A stretch of 64,000 nt of DNA. Source: Promethearchaeota archaeon. GTDB lineage: Archaea; Asgardarchaeota; Lokiarchaeia; Sigyniarchaeales; SOKP01. This document shows, one piece after another, positions 62,091 through 64,000 of this stretch; the stretch's first letter is position 1, and each line of letters begins with the position of its first letter. The DNA lies in the NCBI GenBank assembly GCA_019058365.1, contig JAHPZE010000001.1, forward strand, positions 409,738-473,737. Reading direction: 5' to 3'. Below the pieces are notes generated by a model. The model ran no database searches and had not been told where the DNA came from. It saw only the letters and a program-made list of their open reading frames with translations. The position numbers and the translations under genes are program-made.

Positions 62091-62222
62091 AATAAATATT
62101 CAGATGATTTTTATATTTATAGAATTTTGGAATATTAACACTTTATAATATTTTATAATTTAATTAGATTTATTTAAGTGTTTCACATAATCTATAAATA
62201 ATCACTTCAATAATTCTTTAAA

Positions 62223-63095
62223 ATGACAGTTGTTTTGGGTCTAATATTCGGAATTGTCAATACTTTAGTATTGCATCTTGCTAAGGCTATGGAACGTCAT
62301 GGTATTGAAATTTTTTCCAGAAAGAAGTCTTTTAAAGAAAAAGGGAAAAAACCTCTAATCTATATAATTGGATTTGCATTAAATAATACAGTAGTAATTT
62401 GGCAGATTATAGGCACAACTTTTGCTCCAGCAGCCGTATTTTCTAGTGTTTTTGGTTTAGGATTAATCTTATTAATGCTTTATTCTCATTATATATTACA
62501 TGAAGAGATTGATATACCTGAATTAATAGGAGCCATACTGATCATTATTGGAACAACAATGGTTGGATTTTTTTATATAATAGAGCCACAAACAACAAGA
62601 ACTATCAACTATGTGAATTTTTTTGTACTTATTTTAATAATGATTGTACTATTTTCAGTTCTTATTGGGTTTTCTTGGAAAACTAAAATTGCCGTAGCGT
62701 TTATTTTTGGTGCAGTAGCTGGAACTTTGGGTGGAACGGATAATGTGTTAAAAAGTATTGGATTGACTTCCAGTAATTTTATTGAAGTTTTTGCGGGAGT
62801 TTTTCAGTTAAAACTTGATAGTTTCATTTTTCTATTTAGCTTCCTTGCTGGTTTTTTCGGATTGATATTAACCCAAATAGGATTTGCTAAGGGTGCAGAT
62901 GCATCAAGACTGGTACCTATGTATAATTCATTGTATATAGTAGCACCGGTTCTTTTTGAATTATTAATTATAAATGGAGCGACATTATCGATTGAGATAA
63001 TATTTTCAATTATAATTATAATTATTGGAGTTTTTATGATGAATATTTTTAAGAAAACAGAAAATAACCCACAAAAAAAGATAATTCTGGAGTAG
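62223..63095 (+). CDS. DMT-superfamily transporter-like protein
   Basis: About 9 TM, ILHEEI...GAILIIIG. Confidence 0.7.
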   Translation: MTVVLGLIFGIVNTLVLHLAKAMERHGIEIFSRKKSFKEKGKKPLIYIIGFALNNTVVIWQIIGTTFAPAAVFSSVFGLGLILLMLYSHYILHEEIDIPELIGAILIIIGTTMVGFFYIIEPQTTRTINYVNFFVLILIMIVLFSVLIGFSWKTKIAVAFIFGAVAGTLGGTDNVLKSIGLTSSNFIEVFAGVFQLKLDSFIFLFSFLAGFFGLILTQIGFAKGADASRLVPMYNSLYIVAPVLFELLIINGATLSIEIIFSIIIIIIGVFMMNIFKKTENNPQKKIILE

Positions 63096-63114
63096 ATTCA
63101 AAAAGTTATATATC

Positions 63115-63747
63115 CTAAGCTTCAGCTAATTCTAATTCATAAATTGGTATTTCTTTTCTTCTTTTATCATCATATAATGGCAAGCCTGATTGTTTTAATA
63201 ATTCTGGAGTTTTATATTTCAGAATTACAATCTGACAAGAACTAGCTATTTTCATTGATGCCACTCTTAATCGATCTCTAATTAATGGAAGATTTCTTAT
63301 ATATGTTCCTACATCAACAACAATTTGTCCTGCTCTAACTCTCGCGCATACTCCAGTAGACCTTCCAAAAGAGTTTCTCATTCCGGATTGTACACGATCT
63401 GCTCCGGCAAATGCTAACATTCTATTCTCTCTGTATTTTTGAAATGGTTTTGGCCGTACTCGAAGTCGATAATTTTGTCGTCCGAGTTTTCTTTGAAGAA
63501 CACCATTGATAGTGATTCTAATCGCCTCCAGAGTATTTGAAGAGATTTGTATTTGAGAATTTACTTTCAAACCTACGACGAGTTCAAAATTTTCCCAAGG
63601 CATTTCTTTGTTTCCGCCCCAATACCTTACTATCTTGCTCTGTGCCCCACCACGTGCATATTCGCGTCTACGATTTGAAGATCTTTTATATTGAAAAGGT
63701 CTACGAGACCAGTGGGAATAGCAATGCCATGGACGCTTATGAGCGAT
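63115..63747 (-). CDS. rpl10e: 50S ribosomal protein uL16 (L10e), 210 aa with apparent ATC start
   Basis: RENRMLAFAGADRVQSGMRNSFG; frame extends 48 codons upstream of the listed ATG to (I)AHKRPWHCYSHW; AGGTGA 6 nt upstream. Confidence 0.92.
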   Translation of the reverse strand: MAHKRPWHCYSHWSRRPFQYKRSSNRRREYARGGAQSKIVRYWGGNKEMPWENFELVVGLKVNSQIQISSNTLEAIRITINGVLQRKLGRQNYRLRVRPKPFQKYRENRMLAFAGADRVQSGMRNSFGRSTGVCARVRAGQIVVDVGTYIRNLPLIRDRLRVASMKIASSCQIVILKYKTPELLKQSGLPLYDDKRRKEIPIYELELAEA

Positions 63748-64000
63748 GTCAAATCACCTATTTGATTAATCTATTTTATCATTTCTAAGAATTGATAAAT
63801 TTAATTAAATAATTTTTTTTAAATATAATATTTATAAATTAATGATTATTTAAAATTTATAATTTCTAATAAGTTTTATCATAAATAAAGCTCCCAAGAT
63901 TGGTATTGATTAATTTTTACTTTAAAAGAAATACTCAATAAAAATGAACAGTACCAAAGGAAGTAGATCTCTAAATCCTATTGAACATTGACTTTTTATA

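Noticed and set aside
28974-63788. Remaining short overlapping ORFs (e.g. 28974, 34425, 39052, 42826, 43638, 45978, 49369, 51612, 51914, 53283, 53767, 54292, 55588, 59659, 63537)
   Set aside because: Overlap better-supported genes on the opposite strand or another frame

Overview
AT-rich archaeal DNA, most likely Asgard archaeon, class Lokiarchaeia. This rests on Rab-, Rag- and MglA-like GTPases, TPR/longin, LRR, HEAT and PCI-like proteins, a Loki-CTERM-type tail and an archaeal uL16; it is recognition from sequence, not a database result. Positions 1-26.2 kb hold two minus-strand heterodisulfide-reductase-like clusters (4 hdrA, 2 hdrD-like, 2 mvhD, 1 frhB-like). The ORF track breaks or misses the first two genes of the upstream cluster because they are selenoprotein genes: HdrA (24279-26222) has three in-frame TGA codons and MvhD/VhuD (23811-24272) has two, all at Cys positions of paralogs in this window. 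A eukaryote-type SECIS-like hairpin follows, and its AUGA core is the mvhD stop codon. Between the clusters lies an ~11 kb accessory island (Cdc6, two VapBC-type modules, immunity-like genes, pseudogenes). It is punctuated by degenerate direct copies of the mvhD 3' end/3' flank and a recurring 22-bp motif, suggesting serial cassette-like accretion at one gene end. A second locus (45.7 kb) shows a similar signature as an in-frame chimera of both neighbouring genes' ends. Also present: a nuclease/ParA/HEPN-like cluster, a small-GTPase cluster, a PadR regulon with visible operators, and a uL16 gene that apparently starts at ATC. No rRNA, tRNA, CRISPR array, integrase or transposase was recognised.
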